In this document: positions 34,863 to 44,609 of the stretch, one piece after another
Numbering within the stretch: position 1 is the stretch's first letter
How the letters are laid out: every line of letters begins with the position of its first letter
Assembly: GCA_963765675.1 (NCBI GenBank)
Contig: CAVXXK010000001.1
Coordinates: 2,208,001 to 2,272,000 of the forward strand
Source: an uncultured delta proteobacterium
GTDB lineage: Bacteria; Desulfobacterota; Binatia; Binatales; Binataceae
Length of the DNA stretch: 64,000 nt
Direction: 5' to 3'
Position numbers and translations under genes: made by a program
The notes under the pieces: model-generated
Seen by the model: the letters and a program-made list of their open reading frames with translations, nothing else
Databases searched by the model: none
What the model was told of the DNA's origin: nothing

Positions 34863-35886
34863 GCGGGAGCGGCAGCCCGGAGCTTTTCGAGCGCCGATCC
34901 TCGGCGTCGTATGCGCGATAGCGCTCGCCTGCGCTGCAGGTCGCACGCGCGTGTGCGCCGCGGCGGATGCGTCAGGTGCGGCTCCGGCAGTGACCTCGTC
35001 GCCGGCAGCTTCCCCGATAGTACCGATAGCAGCGGCGACGGCTCCAGCCGCCGCGGTCACTCCCGCCGCGGCTCCCTCCGCCGTCGGAGGCGTTTCGTCC
35101 TACGTGGCCGACAGCACGGCGCCTCCGAGGCTCGCGTCGCCAGTATCTTCACCGGTGGCCGATCTTGGTGAACCCGGCGCCGACGCGCCCGATCCCGCCG
35201 AAACGCCTATCGCCACTATTCCGCCGAATCTCGTGAAGACACTTACCGACCCGTACGCCGTCCCCTCGACGACGGTCGAGATAGCGCCCGCGATGGCCGA
35301 ACCGGCCGCGTCGCCATCGCCGCCACTCATCGAGGAAGATTCTTCGAGCTTCGTAAACAGTCCGGAAGTGGTTGACTACGAGAAGCATCAGGAAGACGCC
35401 ACGTTCCCCGGTCCTCCCGGCGCGTTCGGTCCGTCCTCGATGCAGATGTCGGCGCTGTCCGAAGACGCGATTTCTTCGCCGATTGGACTTGAATTGCGCG
35501 AGGCGCGGCGCACCCTCAAATCGGGCGAAGAGGCCGACGGCCTTCTGATCACAGAGGTCACCAAGGGCAGTCCCGCCGCGGTTGCGGGGCTGCATGCGTA
35601 CTCTCGCGGGATTCACAACGCGTTGACCGGTGCGATGATCGCCGCGGCGCTGGTATTTCCGCCGGCGATTATCGGCGTCCCTCTGCTCGACTACGCGGAA
35701 GTCGGCGAGAGCTATGACCTGATCATCGGCGTCGACGGAGTCCGCGTAACCGACTTCCTTGATTTTCAGGATCGAATGCGCGACCTCAAGCCGGGCGAGA
35801 TCGTCTACCTGAGTGTGGTGCGCGACGGACGCCGCCATCAGTTCCGCGTGAACGTTCCACTCGGCACCAATCTCGCCTCCTGGTAA
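34837..35886 (+). CDS. Exported protein with C-terminal PDZ domain
   Basis: Signal-like segment, Pro/Ala-rich linker, GLLITEVTKGSPAAVAGL ... DLIIGVDG ... LSVVRDG. Start uncertain. Confidence 0.75.
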   Translation: MSSTGVLTKRERQPGAFRAPILGVVCAIALACAAGRTRVCAAADASGAAPAVTSSPAASPIVPIAAATAPAAAVTPAAAPSAVGGVSSYVADSTAPPRLASPVSSPVADLGEPGADAPDPAETPIATIPPNLVKTLTDPYAVPSTTVEIAPAMAEPAASPSPPLIEEDSSSFVNSPEVVDYEKHQEDATFPGPPGAFGPSSMQMSALSEDAISSPIGLELREARRTLKSGEEADGLLITEVTKGSPAAVAGLHAYSRGIHNALTGAMIAAALVFPPAIIGVPLLDYAEVGESYDLIIGVDGVRVTDFLDFQDRMRDLKPGEIVYLSVVRDGRRHQFRVNVPLGTNLASW

Positions 35887-35926
35887 ATCGATCGTAGCTC
35901 TTTACCGCGCATCAAATTTCGTACTA

Positions 35927-36171
35927 AGTGTTTTGTCTGCCCGTCGAGGAATCTTTCCCGGCGAGGCTTGAGGCAACCGCCCCTGACGGGCGCAAAGCTC
36001 CGCTCATTTGGGCGGACGAGATTGAAAAGATACGCAGCTTGGGCTCGCGCCTGGATCCGCGACACGGACCGGGACTCCAACGGGACTTGAGCACTACTCA
36101 GCGCCGATCGGAAAGATCGGATGCCTGATAAGTTCGCTCCCACACGGGGTTGCCGGAATGCGGCAGCCCCG
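35927..36171 (+). ncRNA. Candidate structured RNA / 5' leader of panBC
   Basis: Nested stems CCCGT/ACGGG, TCCCGG/CCGGGA and CGAG-CTTGAG/CTTGGG-CTCG, internal hairpins, and a final 11-bp hairpin at 36145-36171. Confidence 0.5.
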
Positions 36172-36193
36172 CTTGCGTTTCCGGGAGCCTGCG

Positions 36194-37054
36194 ATGCACG
36201 AAGAAAAAGTTCACGTGCCCGATCTGGCGCGGATGAAATCGGCGCGGCGGCCGATCACGATGCTGACCGCGTATGACTACCCGTTCGCGCGCATCTTCGA
36301 TCTTGCCGGGGTTGACCTCCTGCTGGTCGGCGACAGCCTGGCGATGGCGGTGCGGGGGGAAGATAGCACCCTGGCCGTTACAATCGACGAGATCATCTAC
36401 CACACCCGCGCCGTTGCGCGCGCTCGCAAACGCGCGCTGCTCGTCGCCGACATGCCGTTTCTCTCCTACCAGGTCACGCCGGAAGACGCCCTGCGCAACG
36501 CGGGGCGCCTGATCAAAGAGGGCGGCGCAGAGGCGGTCAAGCTCGAAGGCGGCGTCGCGATCGCCGAGACGGTGCGCAGGCTCGCGGCGGTCGATATTCC
36601 GGTGATGGGGCACGTCGGTCTGACGCCGCAGTCGGTCCATCGGATGGGCGGGCATCGCGTGCAGGGCCGCAAATCGGGCGGTGCGCCCGGATGCCGCGAG
36701 CGCCTTATCGAAGACGCGCTCGCGATCGAGGCGGCCGGCGCATTCGCGCTCGTGGTCGAAGGAGTGCCCCCGTCGCTCGGCCGCGAGATCGCGACGCGCG
36801 TGCGAATTCCCGCGATCGGGATCGGCGCGGGGCCGGACCTCGACGGCCAGGTGCTGGTGATGCACGACATGCTCGGACTCGGCGAATCGTTCATCCCGCG
36901 CTTCGCAAAACCATTCGCGGCGTTGTGGAAGGACGCATCCGCCGCGGCACAGAGCTACGTGCGCGAGGTTCGCGAACGCGCGTTTCCAGCACCAGAACAT
37001 TGCTATGCAGAGGGCGGCGCACCTGCCGCCAAGCGAATCGAAGGCGAGATTTGA
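36194..37054 (+). CDS. panB: 3-methyl-2-oxobutanoate hydroxymethyltransferase
   Basis: MLTAYD, LLVGDSL, ADMPF, AVKLEGG, GHVGLTPQ, GIGAG..DGQVLV. Confidence 0.98.
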   Translation: MHEEKVHVPDLARMKSARRPITMLTAYDYPFARIFDLAGVDLLLVGDSLAMAVRGEDSTLAVTIDEIIYHTRAVARARKRALLVADMPFLSYQVTPEDALRNAGRLIKEGGAEAVKLEGGVAIAETVRRLAAVDIPVMGHVGLTPQSVHRMGGHRVQGRKSGGAPGCRERLIEDALAIEAAGAFALVVEGVPPSLGREIATRVRIPAIGIGAGPDLDGQVLVMHDMLGLGESFIPRFAKPFAALWKDASAAAQSYVREVRERAFPAPEHCYAEGGAPAAKRIEGEI

Positions 37055-37056
37055 CG

Positions 37057-37902
37057 ATGCAAATAATCAATCATCCCGATGAAATGGCCAGGTGGGCCGA
37101 CGCGGCTCGCGCGCGCGGCGAACGGATCGCACTGGTGCCGACGATGGGCTTTCTGCACGACGGTCATCTAACCCTGATGCGGCAAGGGCGGGCGCGTGCG
37201 GAGGCGCTGGTCGCGTCGATCTTCGTCAATCCAACCCAGTTCGGTCCGAATGAGGATCTGGCGCGCTACCCGCGCGACTTCGAGCGCGATCTCGCGATGC
37301 TCGAGACGGTGCCGGTGGACGTCGTCTTCGCGCCGGAGGCCTCCGCGATGTACTCGGCGGATGCCGAGACGTGGGTCGAGGTGACCGGCGTCACGCGCGG
37401 GCTATGCGGCCCGTTTCGGCCGGGCCATTTTCGCGGCGTGACGACGATCGTCGCAAAACTGTTCAATATCGTGAAGCCGCATCTCGCGGTGTTCGGCGAG
37501 AAAGATTTTCAGCAACTGCGCGCGATCGAAAGGATGGTCGCCGATCTGAATTTCGATCTGGAAATTGTTCCGGTGCCGATCGTGCGCGAAAAAGACGGTC
37601 TCGCGATGAGCTCACGCAACGCCTACCTCTCGCCCGACGAGCGCGAGCGCGCCCTCGGGCTGAGTCTCGCCCTGCGCGCCGCGCGCGATCGTTTCAAGTG
37701 CGGTTCCTGCTGCGTCGAGGAGCTGGTCGCCGCCGCCTCGCGCGTCCTGCGCAAGACCCCCGGAATCGAGATAGAGTACGTGGAAGCGGTAGACGCGCGC
37801 ACGCTCGCCCCAACACGCTCTCTCGCCGCGCCGCTCCTAATCGCAATCGCGGCCCGGGTCGGCAAGACCCGCCTGATCGACAACGCAGTGCTGACGCCAT
37901 GA
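37057..37902 (+). CDS. panC: Pantoate-beta-alanine ligase
   Basis: VPTMGFLHDGH, SIFVNPTQF, RPGHF, FGEKDFQQ, GLAMSSRN, RLIDN. Confidence 0.98.
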   Translation: MQIINHPDEMARWADAARARGERIALVPTMGFLHDGHLTLMRQGRARAEALVASIFVNPTQFGPNEDLARYPRDFERDLAMLETVPVDVVFAPEASAMYSADAETWVEVTGVTRGLCGPFRPGHFRGVTTIVAKLFNIVKPHLAVFGEKDFQQLRAIERMVADLNFDLEIVPVPIVREKDGLAMSSRNAYLSPDERERALGLSLALRAARDRFKCGSCCVEELVAAASRVLRKTPGIEIEYVEAVDARTLAPTRSLAAPLLIAIAARVGKTRLIDNAVLTP

Positions 37903-38046
37903 ACAAAAACGTGCGAACGGCGAAGGGGAGAGGGTTGGGTCGATTGCCTGAGAATCATATTCCGTCCGAGGGCATCCGATTTTCATCCATCAGGGTGCGC
38001 GCAGCGAATCCAATTTGATTCTGCTTCCCAGCGGGACATCCCTGCG

Positions 38047-39306
38047 CTAGGCGTCGGCGCGGGCGACGTCCAGCATTGCTTTGGCGGCGCGGTCGGCGAC
38101 CTCAGTCATCAGGTCGTCGGTCATCACGGTCGAAAGAGCGATCAATCCGCGCGGCGCGATGAACAGCCCCTGGTTGAGCGCGGCCAGGTGGAATGCGGCG
38201 ATCGTACGCGAATCCTCGCGGTTGATGGTCGCGGAGGGCGCTTCGTTCAGGAAGAAAATGTTCATCAACGATCCGAATTGGCGCACCGAGAACGGCAACT
38301 CCGCCTGGCGCGCCGCGCGTTTCAGATCTTCGGCGAGCTTTTTCGCCCGCTTCTCCATCGCGTCGATCCGCTCGCCCGTCAGTTCCTTGACCGACACGAT
38401 TCCCGCCGCGCAGGTCGCGGGATTTCCGTTGAAGGTGCCCGAATGAAATAGCGCGCCGCGCTCGCGCGGGTCGAACGCCGACATCACTTCGGCACTGCCG
38501 CCTAGCGCACCGACCGGCAATCCGCCGCCGATAATTTTGCCCATCATCGTGAGGTCGGGCTTCGCGCTGAAGATCGCCTGCGCGCCGCCTGTGGCGAGGC
38601 GCAGTGTGATCACTTCGTCCAGAATGAACAGCGCGCCCGCGCGATGCGCCGCTTCGCCCACGCGCTCGAGAAATCCGTCGGGCGGAGCGACGACTCCGGC
38701 CGAGCCGAGAACCGGCTCGAGGAACACGCCTGCGATTTCCTGCCCGCGTTCGGTGAGCAGCGCCTCGAAGGAAGTCGCCTCGCCGAAATCCGCGAGCATC
38801 GTGCGCTCGCCGTCATGCCCGGCAAGGCCGAGCTCGAGATCGTCGTAAGAGCCGTGATAGCCATAGCGCGCCATCAGGATCAGCTTGCGCCCGGTGAGGC
38901 GCCGCGCGACGTGGCATGCGAGCATCCCGGCCTCGGTGCCGGAGTTGCAAAAACGCACCCGCTCGACCGAGGCAACGCGATTGCACAAGAGCTCGGCCAG
39001 CGCGACCTGAGCTTCCGAGCGCGCAGGCCACGCGGTGCCGTCTTTCGCGGCGCGAGTTATCGCCTCGACGATGGGCGGATAGGCGTGGCCATGGACCAGG
39101 CTGGTGTAGTTGCCGAGCAGATCGATGTAGCGATTACCGTCAATATCGTGCAAAAAAGGGCCTTCGCCGCGCGCGATAGTGAGCGAGTAGGGGCGATAGT
39201 GCGCGGTGGTGCGGGTGTCGCCGCCGGGCAGGACCCGCTCGGCGCGCGAGGCCATCTCGGCCGACTTTGGCGTCGCGGCTTTGTACTGCTCTTCAATTTT
39301 GCTCAT
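38047..39306 (-). CDS. Class III PLP aminotransferase (GSA-aminomutase-like / beta-amino-acid transaminase-like)
   Basis: LPGGDTR, RFCNSGTEA, YHG, LDEVIT, GKIIGGGLPVG, SGTFNGNP. Confidence 0.88.
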   Translation of the reverse strand: MSKIEEQYKAATPKSAEMASRAERVLPGGDTRTTAHYRPYSLTIARGEGPFLHDIDGNRYIDLLGNYTSLVHGHAYPPIVEAITRAAKDGTAWPARSEAQVALAELLCNRVASVERVRFCNSGTEAGMLACHVARRLTGRKLILMARYGYHGSYDDLELGLAGHDGERTMLADFGEATSFEALLTERGQEIAGVFLEPVLGSAGVVAPPDGFLERVGEAAHRAGALFILDEVITLRLATGGAQAIFSAKPDLTMMGKIIGGGLPVGALGGSAEVMSAFDPRERGALFHSGTFNGNPATCAAGIVSVKELTGERIDAMEKRAKKLAEDLKRAARQAELPFSVRQFGSLMNIFFLNEAPSATINREDSRTIAAFHLAALNQGLFIAPRGLIALSTVMTDDLMTEVADRAAKAMLDVARADA

Positions 39307-39464
39307 TTTTTGCTACTGCCTCCTCCTGCGCCCGCCTCCGCGCTCATCGATTCAATCGCCGAATGTTCTTTAGTCTAGATGTTATTATTTGCGCCTTAAT
39401 GTCGAAGGCGAGTCAAGCATCTCTATTTGCTGGAGGGTAGGCGGTTCGTTTTGACGTGTTGGAA

Positions 39465-39646
39465 GTCATTCTCGTGCGTAAAGCTGCCGCGCGAGAAATC
39501 CCGAGTTCGGATTGTGCTCGACCTTGGCAGAGCGGCACCCTCACCCGCGCGTCACGATGCTTGCGAAAAGAGCAAGCATCGCGCCGCGCCGCCCTCTCCC
39601 GGGGGGAGAGGGTATATAAGAACTGGCGCGCCTCGCGGGAATGACA
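39465..39646. repeat. Composite GTCATT-ended repeat element
   Basis: The left end resembles 31422-31476 over about 55 bp and the right end is GGGAATGACA. An internal CCCTCACCC..CCCTCTCCC-GG-GGGGAGAGGG palindrome is present. Confidence 0.75.
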
Positions 39647-39704
39647 GATCAGCATCAAACGGTCACCGTCATGCGCGTCATTTGATGACGTGGCGTTGGC
39701 GATG

Positions 39705-40940
39705 TCAACGTGGGGTGGGCGTAAACTCGATCGGCAGGGCGGCGGGAGAACGGAAGCGGCCGGCGACTTGATAGCGGATTTCGGTGTCCGCGAGGCGCAG
39801 ATTTGACGTCCGCGCGACGAGTGCCGAGATCGCGATTTGCGCCTCGGCGCGGGCGAGGCTGGCGCCAAGGCAATAGTGCGGTCCGAGGCTGAAGGCGAGA
39901 TGGTCGTTGTCCTTGCGCGTGATATCGAAGCGGTCGGGATCTGGGAATCGCGCAGGATCGCGGTTGGCCGCGCCGAGCAGGACCGATACCGCCTGTCCCT
40001 TGCGAATCGTCGTGCCAGCAATCTCGACGTCCTGTGTCGCTACCTGCGGCGACGGCGCCTGCGTGGGTGAATCGTAGCGCAGCGCTTCCTCGACGGCGCT
40101 CGTGATTAAACCTGGCTCGGCGCGCAGGCGCGCCAGCTCGCTCGGATTGCGCAGGAGTGCCAGAATCGCGAGCCCGATCAGGCTGCGGGTGGTGCCGTGG
40201 CCTGCGGCGAAGAGCGTCTCCGTGATCGAGACGAGCTGATCGTCGGTCATGTTGCGGTCTTTTTCGCGTGCCGAAATCAGCGCGCTCATCAGATCGTCGG
40301 CGGGACGCGCTTTTCTTTGCGCGATCAGAGCGCGCAGGTAATCGCCGAACGCGCGCGCCGACGAGTCGCCCTCGGCCATCATTTCGGACGTGCGCACAAT
40401 TCCGCGCGACACGATGATCCCGTCCACCCATTGCCGCAGCATCGCCCAATCCTCGCGCGGAACGCCGATCATCGCGGAGATAACGTCGGCGGGAAGTGGA
40501 TAGGCGTAGTCAGCGATCACGTCCATGCGGCCCGCCACCGCGAGTTCGTCGAGACGCGACGCCACCGCCGACTCGATCTGCGGGCGCATCGCGGCGATCC
40601 GATGCGGAGTGAAAGCCTTGCCGACCACGTCGCGCATCCAGGTGTGATTCTCGCCGTCGAGGAACGAGAGTTCCTGGCTCTGGAATTTCAGGATCGGTGC
40701 ATCGGCCCCGAACTTCGCGCGCATCGCGTCCAGATACGCCACCCGCGAGAAGCGGCGATCACGCAGATAGGCCGAAGCGTCCGCGTATCGCGTCAGCATC
40801 CACGCCTGCGCGAAGGGACTCCAATAAACGGGGTCCTCGCGGCGCAGGCGGTGATAAAGCGGGTAGGGGTCGGGATGCCCCGGAAGAGTAGGGTCGCGAT
40901 CGTCGGGAAACCGCGCGTCCGATGCCATCGCGGCGTTCAA
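39705..40940 (-). CDS. Cytochrome P450
   Basis: I-helix AAGHGTT, EEALRYDSP (ExxR), AANRDP, heme motif FSLGPHYCLG. Confidence 0.96.
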   Translation of the reverse strand: MNAAMASDARFPDDRDPTLPGHPDPYPLYHRLRREDPVYWSPFAQAWMLTRYADASAYLRDRRFSRVAYLDAMRAKFGADAPILKFQSQELSFLDGENHTWMRDVVGKAFTPHRIAAMRPQIESAVASRLDELAVAGRMDVIADYAYPLPADVISAMIGVPREDWAMLRQWVDGIIVSRGIVRTSEMMAEGDSSARAFGDYLRALIAQRKARPADDLMSALISAREKDRNMTDDQLVSITETLFAAGHGTTRSLIGLAILALLRNPSELARLRAEPGLITSAVEEALRYDSPTQAPSPQVATQDVEIAGTTIRKGQAVSVLLGAANRDPARFPDPDRFDITRKDNDHLAFSLGPHYCLGASLARAEAQIAISALVARTSNLRLADTEIRYQVAGRFRSPAALPIEFTPTPR

Positions 40941-41341
40941 CGCGCGATCGCGATCGCTTCCATCTCGACCATCAGCCCCTCGATCGCGAGCGCCGTCACG
41001 CCCACCATCGTCGAAGCCGGCGCCTTGGTGCCCTCTGGAAACAGCGCGGCGCGTGCCTCGCGCATCGCGGAGTAATCGGACTGCTTGTAGTTCACGATAT
41101 AGGTGTTGGTCTTGACGATATCGGCCGGAGTCGCGCCGGCGGCTTCGAGCGCAAGCTTCAGATTGGCGGCTGCCTGCCGCACTTGTCCCTTCAGGTCGCC
41201 GGGGCTGACGAGCTTGCCGTCCTTGTCAACCGCGACCTGCCCCGAAATGAAAATGATCCTGCCCGGCGCGCTGACGGTCACGACGTGCGTGTAACCGCGC
41301 GGTTCGAGAAGAGTTTGTGGATTGATGTGTTTGGTTTCCAT
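40937..41341 (-). CDS. RidA/YjgF family protein
   Basis: IFISGQV, NLKLALEAAG, PASTMVGV, VEMEAIA. Confidence 0.9.
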   Translation of the reverse strand: METKHINPQTLLEPRGYTHVVTVSAPGRIIFISGQVAVDKDGKLVSPGDLKGQVRQAAANLKLALEAAGATPADIVKTNTYIVNYKQSDYSAMREARAALFPEGTKAPASTMVGVTALAIEGLMVEMEAIAIAR

Positions 41342-41377
41342 CGAAATTTCTCCTGTCAGCTGTTGTAAGGAGTCTAA

Positions 41378-42304
41378 TTAAGCCCCTTCGCCGCGGCCAG
41401 CAATGGCGTCCACCAGCAGGTGAAGGTAGATGAGGCCGGCGTAGGGATGCCAGCGCGCGAGCAGCGCGCGCACGCTCGCGTGGTCGAGCTTGCGCTTGAT
41501 GCCAAGAAATTTCGCAAGCCCATTCTGTCCGCCGACATCGTCGCCGGGAAAAACATGCACACGGCCCAGACCGCGGAGTAAAACATACTCCGCGGTCCAG
41601 CGCCCGACGCCGCTGAGCGAGCACAGCCGCGCGACCGCCGCGGCGTCATCCAGAGCCTCGAGCGAGGCGAAGTCGCGATCGCGCGGATTCATCGAGGCGC
41701 GCGCGAGATCGATCAGGTAGCTCGCCTTGCGGCGGGAGAGCCCCAACGCTCGCAGTTTATCGGGAGTGCTCCGCACCAGCAGCCGCGGCTCCGGGAACGA
41801 ATGAATCGCGACGCCATCGCAGTCCGCCTCGAGGCCGTATGCTCCGGCGACGCGGTTGAGCACGTGAAGCCCCGCGGTCAGCGATAGCAGTTGGCAGCTG
41901 ATCGCGTTACCGAAAGCTTCGAAGATACTCGGGAAGCGGGGCGGCTTCATTCCGCTGAGGCGCGAGACGATAGACGCCAGAACCGGATCGCGTTCGGCCA
42001 TTCGGTAGAACGGCGCGAGGTCGCGTTCGAGGCCGAGGGTTCTCGTCACGATCGATTCGATCTGCGCGCAGGCCGCGCGCGTCGCCCCTGTGCCGGTCGC
42101 GGTTATCTCGATCTCGGGCCGCGCGCCCGCGCGAAGCTGGCGCACCGCGAGCGCGGCCGGCTTGCCGTCAATCGCGAGGACGCGGCGCCATACGCCGGCG
42201 TCGAAGCGATCGACCGCGTTGTGTGGACGCCGCCTGAGCGCCCACACGGTATGGTCGAGGCGAAACGGCGCTCGCGCGCGGAGGCTGAATTCGAGTCGGG
42301 CCAT
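41378..42304 (-). CDS. alkA: DNA-3-methyladenine glycosylase II (AlkA-like)
   Basis: HhH-GPD motif LSGVGRWTAEY, FPGDDVG, WHPY, plus an AlkA-type N-terminal domain. Confidence 0.85.
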   Translation of the reverse strand: MARLEFSLRARAPFRLDHTVWALRRRPHNAVDRFDAGVWRRVLAIDGKPAALAVRQLRAGARPEIEITATGTGATRAACAQIESIVTRTLGLERDLAPFYRMAERDPVLASIVSRLSGMKPPRFPSIFEAFGNAISCQLLSLTAGLHVLNRVAGAYGLEADCDGVAIHSFPEPRLLVRSTPDKLRALGLSRRKASYLIDLARASMNPRDRDFASLEALDDAAAVARLCSLSGVGRWTAEYVLLRGLGRVHVFPGDDVGGQNGLAKFLGIKRKLDHASVRALLARWHPYAGLIYLHLLVDAIAGRGEGA

Positions 42305-42316
42305 AGGTGCTCGAGG

Positions 42317-43333
42317 CTATTTGTCGTCGATTTCCGAGCGGCTTTCGATCGCGCGCACGCGCCGAAACAGCTCCGGCAGCCGCCACCATAGGGCAGCGTA
42401 GCGCCGGAAGTATTTCAAATCGGCGAACGGAGTTCCGCCCACCATCGCGTCGTTGGCGATCTCGCCGTGCAGACCAGATTGTCCGGCCGCCATTACGCGG
42501 TCGCCGATCTTCGCGTGATCGGCGCATCCGACTTGTCCGCCGAACTGGCACCATTTGCCGATCGTGGTCGAGCCGGCGATTCCGACGTGCGCGGCGAAGC
42601 GCGAGTACTCGCCGATTTCGCAGTTGTGCCCGATATGCACCTGGTCGTCGAGCTTGACCCCGCGATGCAGGATCGTCGCACCGAGGGTTGCGCGATCGAC
42701 GGTGGACTTCGCGCCGATTTCGACTTCGTCTTCCAGCACCACGATTCCGACCTGCGGAATCTTGACCAGGCCGCCGGCGTTCTCGACGAAGCCGAAGCCG
42801 TCGGCGCCGATCACCGCGCCGTCGAGGAGCGTCACGCGATTTCCGATCGAGCATCCTTCGCGCACGATAACGTGGCTGTGCGCGGTAAAGTCGTCGCCGA
42901 TACGGACGTTCGGATAGATGACGGCGTGTGGATGCAGCACGGCGCGCGCGCCGATCGTGACGCCGGCGCCGACCACTGCGAATGCGCCGATTGACGCGTC
43001 GGCGCCGATCCGCGCGTCGGGCGCGATTTTCGCCGTCGGGTCGATTCCCGGCGCGGGCCGATAAGGCGGAAAAAAGATTTCGATCACGCGCGCGAAATCG
43101 GCGTACGGATTCGCGCTGATCAGAACAGCACATTTCGCGTTCTCGGCGAACTCTGGCGCGACGATCGCTGCCGCCGCGCTGGTGCCCGCGAGGATCGGCG
43201 CGTACTTCGCGCTCGCGACGAAGATGATCATGCCCGGCGCGGCCGCCTCGATCGGCGCGGGCGCGAAGACCTCGACAGTGCCGTCGCCGCGGAGTTCAAG
43301 ACCCAGCTTCTGGGCGAGTTCGCTCAGTTTCAT
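42317..43333 (-). CDS. lpxD: UDP-3-O-acylglucosamine N-acyltransferase
   Basis: NPYADFA, hexapeptide repeats, GADGFGF, KIPQVG, DRATLG, HIGHNC. Confidence 0.95.
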   Translation of the reverse strand: MKLSELAQKLGLELRGDGTVEVFAPAPIEAAAPGMIIFVASAKYAPILAGTSAAAAIVAPEFAENAKCAVLISANPYADFARVIEIFFPPYRPAPGIDPTAKIAPDARIGADASIGAFAVVGAGVTIGARAVLHPHAVIYPNVRIGDDFTAHSHVIVREGCSIGNRVTLLDGAVIGADGFGFVENAGGLVKIPQVGIVVLEDEVEIGAKSTVDRATLGATILHRGVKLDDQVHIGHNCEIGEYSRFAAHVGIAGSTTIGKWCQFGGQVGCADHAKIGDRVMAAGQSGLHGEIANDAMVGGTPFADLKYFRRYAALWWRLPELFRRVRAIESRSEIDDK

Positions 43334-43337
43334 TTTC

Positions 43338-44462
43338 TCACCGATGATCGAGAGTATTAGAAAGCGCCACGCCGCCCAACTCCGCGAGAGCGTTCGCGAC
43401 TTCCTCCGGGGCGATGTCGACCAGGCAGTTGTAATGGCCAAAGCGGCAGGTGCGCGCCAAGCACGGGCTGCATTCGAGATGACGCCAAATCACGCGCGCA
43501 CTCGAGCCCATCGGTCCGGTGCGAACCGGATTGGTCGATCCGAAAATTCCAACGGTCGGCCGTCCGAGCGCCGCCGCGACGTGCATCGCGCCGGAGTCGT
43601 TGCCGATAAATCCGTCCGCGATCGCAAGGAGCGCGAGCAGCTCGCCGATATTGGTTTCGCCCGCCGCGACGATCGCGCCGCTACGCGAAGCCGCCGCGAT
43701 TTCGGCGCATCGCGCGCGCTCGCCCGGCGCGCCGACCATCAGGGATTCGGCGCCATAGCGCTCGGCGAGCAGATCGATCAGGCGCGCGTAGTGATTCGCG
43801 GGCCATTCCTTGGCCGGACCGAATGCCGCTCCAGGAGCGAGCGCGACCAGCCGCGCATCAGCGCGTTTGCGCCGCGCTGCGAGCCACGCCCGCATTTTTT
43901 CGAGATGCGGCGGAGACGCCTCGATCGCGAAGTCATCCGCGTCGCCGGATGCTCCGATACTCGCACGAACCATTTCGAGCCAGTAGTGTGCCTGATGCGC
44001 TCCCATCGCGAGCGGGGTCGGCCGCGCGCGTATCGTCAGCATCGCGCTACGCGAATCGGCGGCGTATCCTGCGCGACGCGGCACTCGCGCGAGGGTAGTC
44101 CACAAAGCGGATTCAAAGCTGTTTGGAAACAGAACCGCCAGATCGAAATCGCGCTTGCGAATTTCGCCGACGATCCGCAGCCGGTCGCCGAGCCCGCGCG
44201 TCCCGCGCGCGACTGAATACGCAATCACTTCGTCGAGCCATCGGGCGCCGTCAAAGAAGCCTGCCAGCTCGCGCTTGATGAGGATCGCAAGATGCGCGTC
44301 GGGCCACGTGCGCCTGATCGCGCGTAGCGCCGGCAGGCTCATCACCACGTCGCCCAGCCAATTGACTTCCTTGACCATGATCCGCCGCGGCGCCGGAGCG
44401 ATCGGGGCCTCACGATCGGCCGACGGCGAAATCACGGAGATAGAATTGGATACTTCGGCCAT
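43338..44462 (-). CDS. waaF: LPS heptosyltransferase II (GT9)
   Basis: NWLGDVVM, PGAAFGPAKEW, GNDSGAMHVAAA, CSPC...C...C. Confidence 0.9.
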   Translation of the reverse strand: MAEVSNSISVISPSADREAPIAPAPRRIMVKEVNWLGDVVMSLPALRAIRRTWPDAHLAILIKRELAGFFDGARWLDEVIAYSVARGTRGLGDRLRIVGEIRKRDFDLAVLFPNSFESALWTTLARVPRRAGYAADSRSAMLTIRARPTPLAMGAHQAHYWLEMVRASIGASGDADDFAIEASPPHLEKMRAWLAARRKRADARLVALAPGAAFGPAKEWPANHYARLIDLLAERYGAESLMVGAPGERARCAEIAAASRSGAIVAAGETNIGELLALLAIADGFIGNDSGAMHVAAALGRPTVGIFGSTNPVRTGPMGSSARVIWRHLECSPCLARTCRFGHYNCLVDIAPEEVANALAELGGVALSNTLDHR

Positions 44463-44609
44463 CGATACTGCCGCGATTCCATCATGGCGGCCGGTCCAAT
44501 GGAATCCAGCGACCGGGTTGTGGATGGCCACAAATTCGTCGCTTCCGGTACAACTCCCATCGTACTAATATCCGCCGAGGGGGATCTTTCGCACGCGTCG
44601 CGATCAAAA

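Noticed and set aside
38047-39306. Calling this gene hemL
   Set aside because: It lacks the typical PGGVNSPVR signature of GSA aminomutase, so it is left as a class III aminotransferase.
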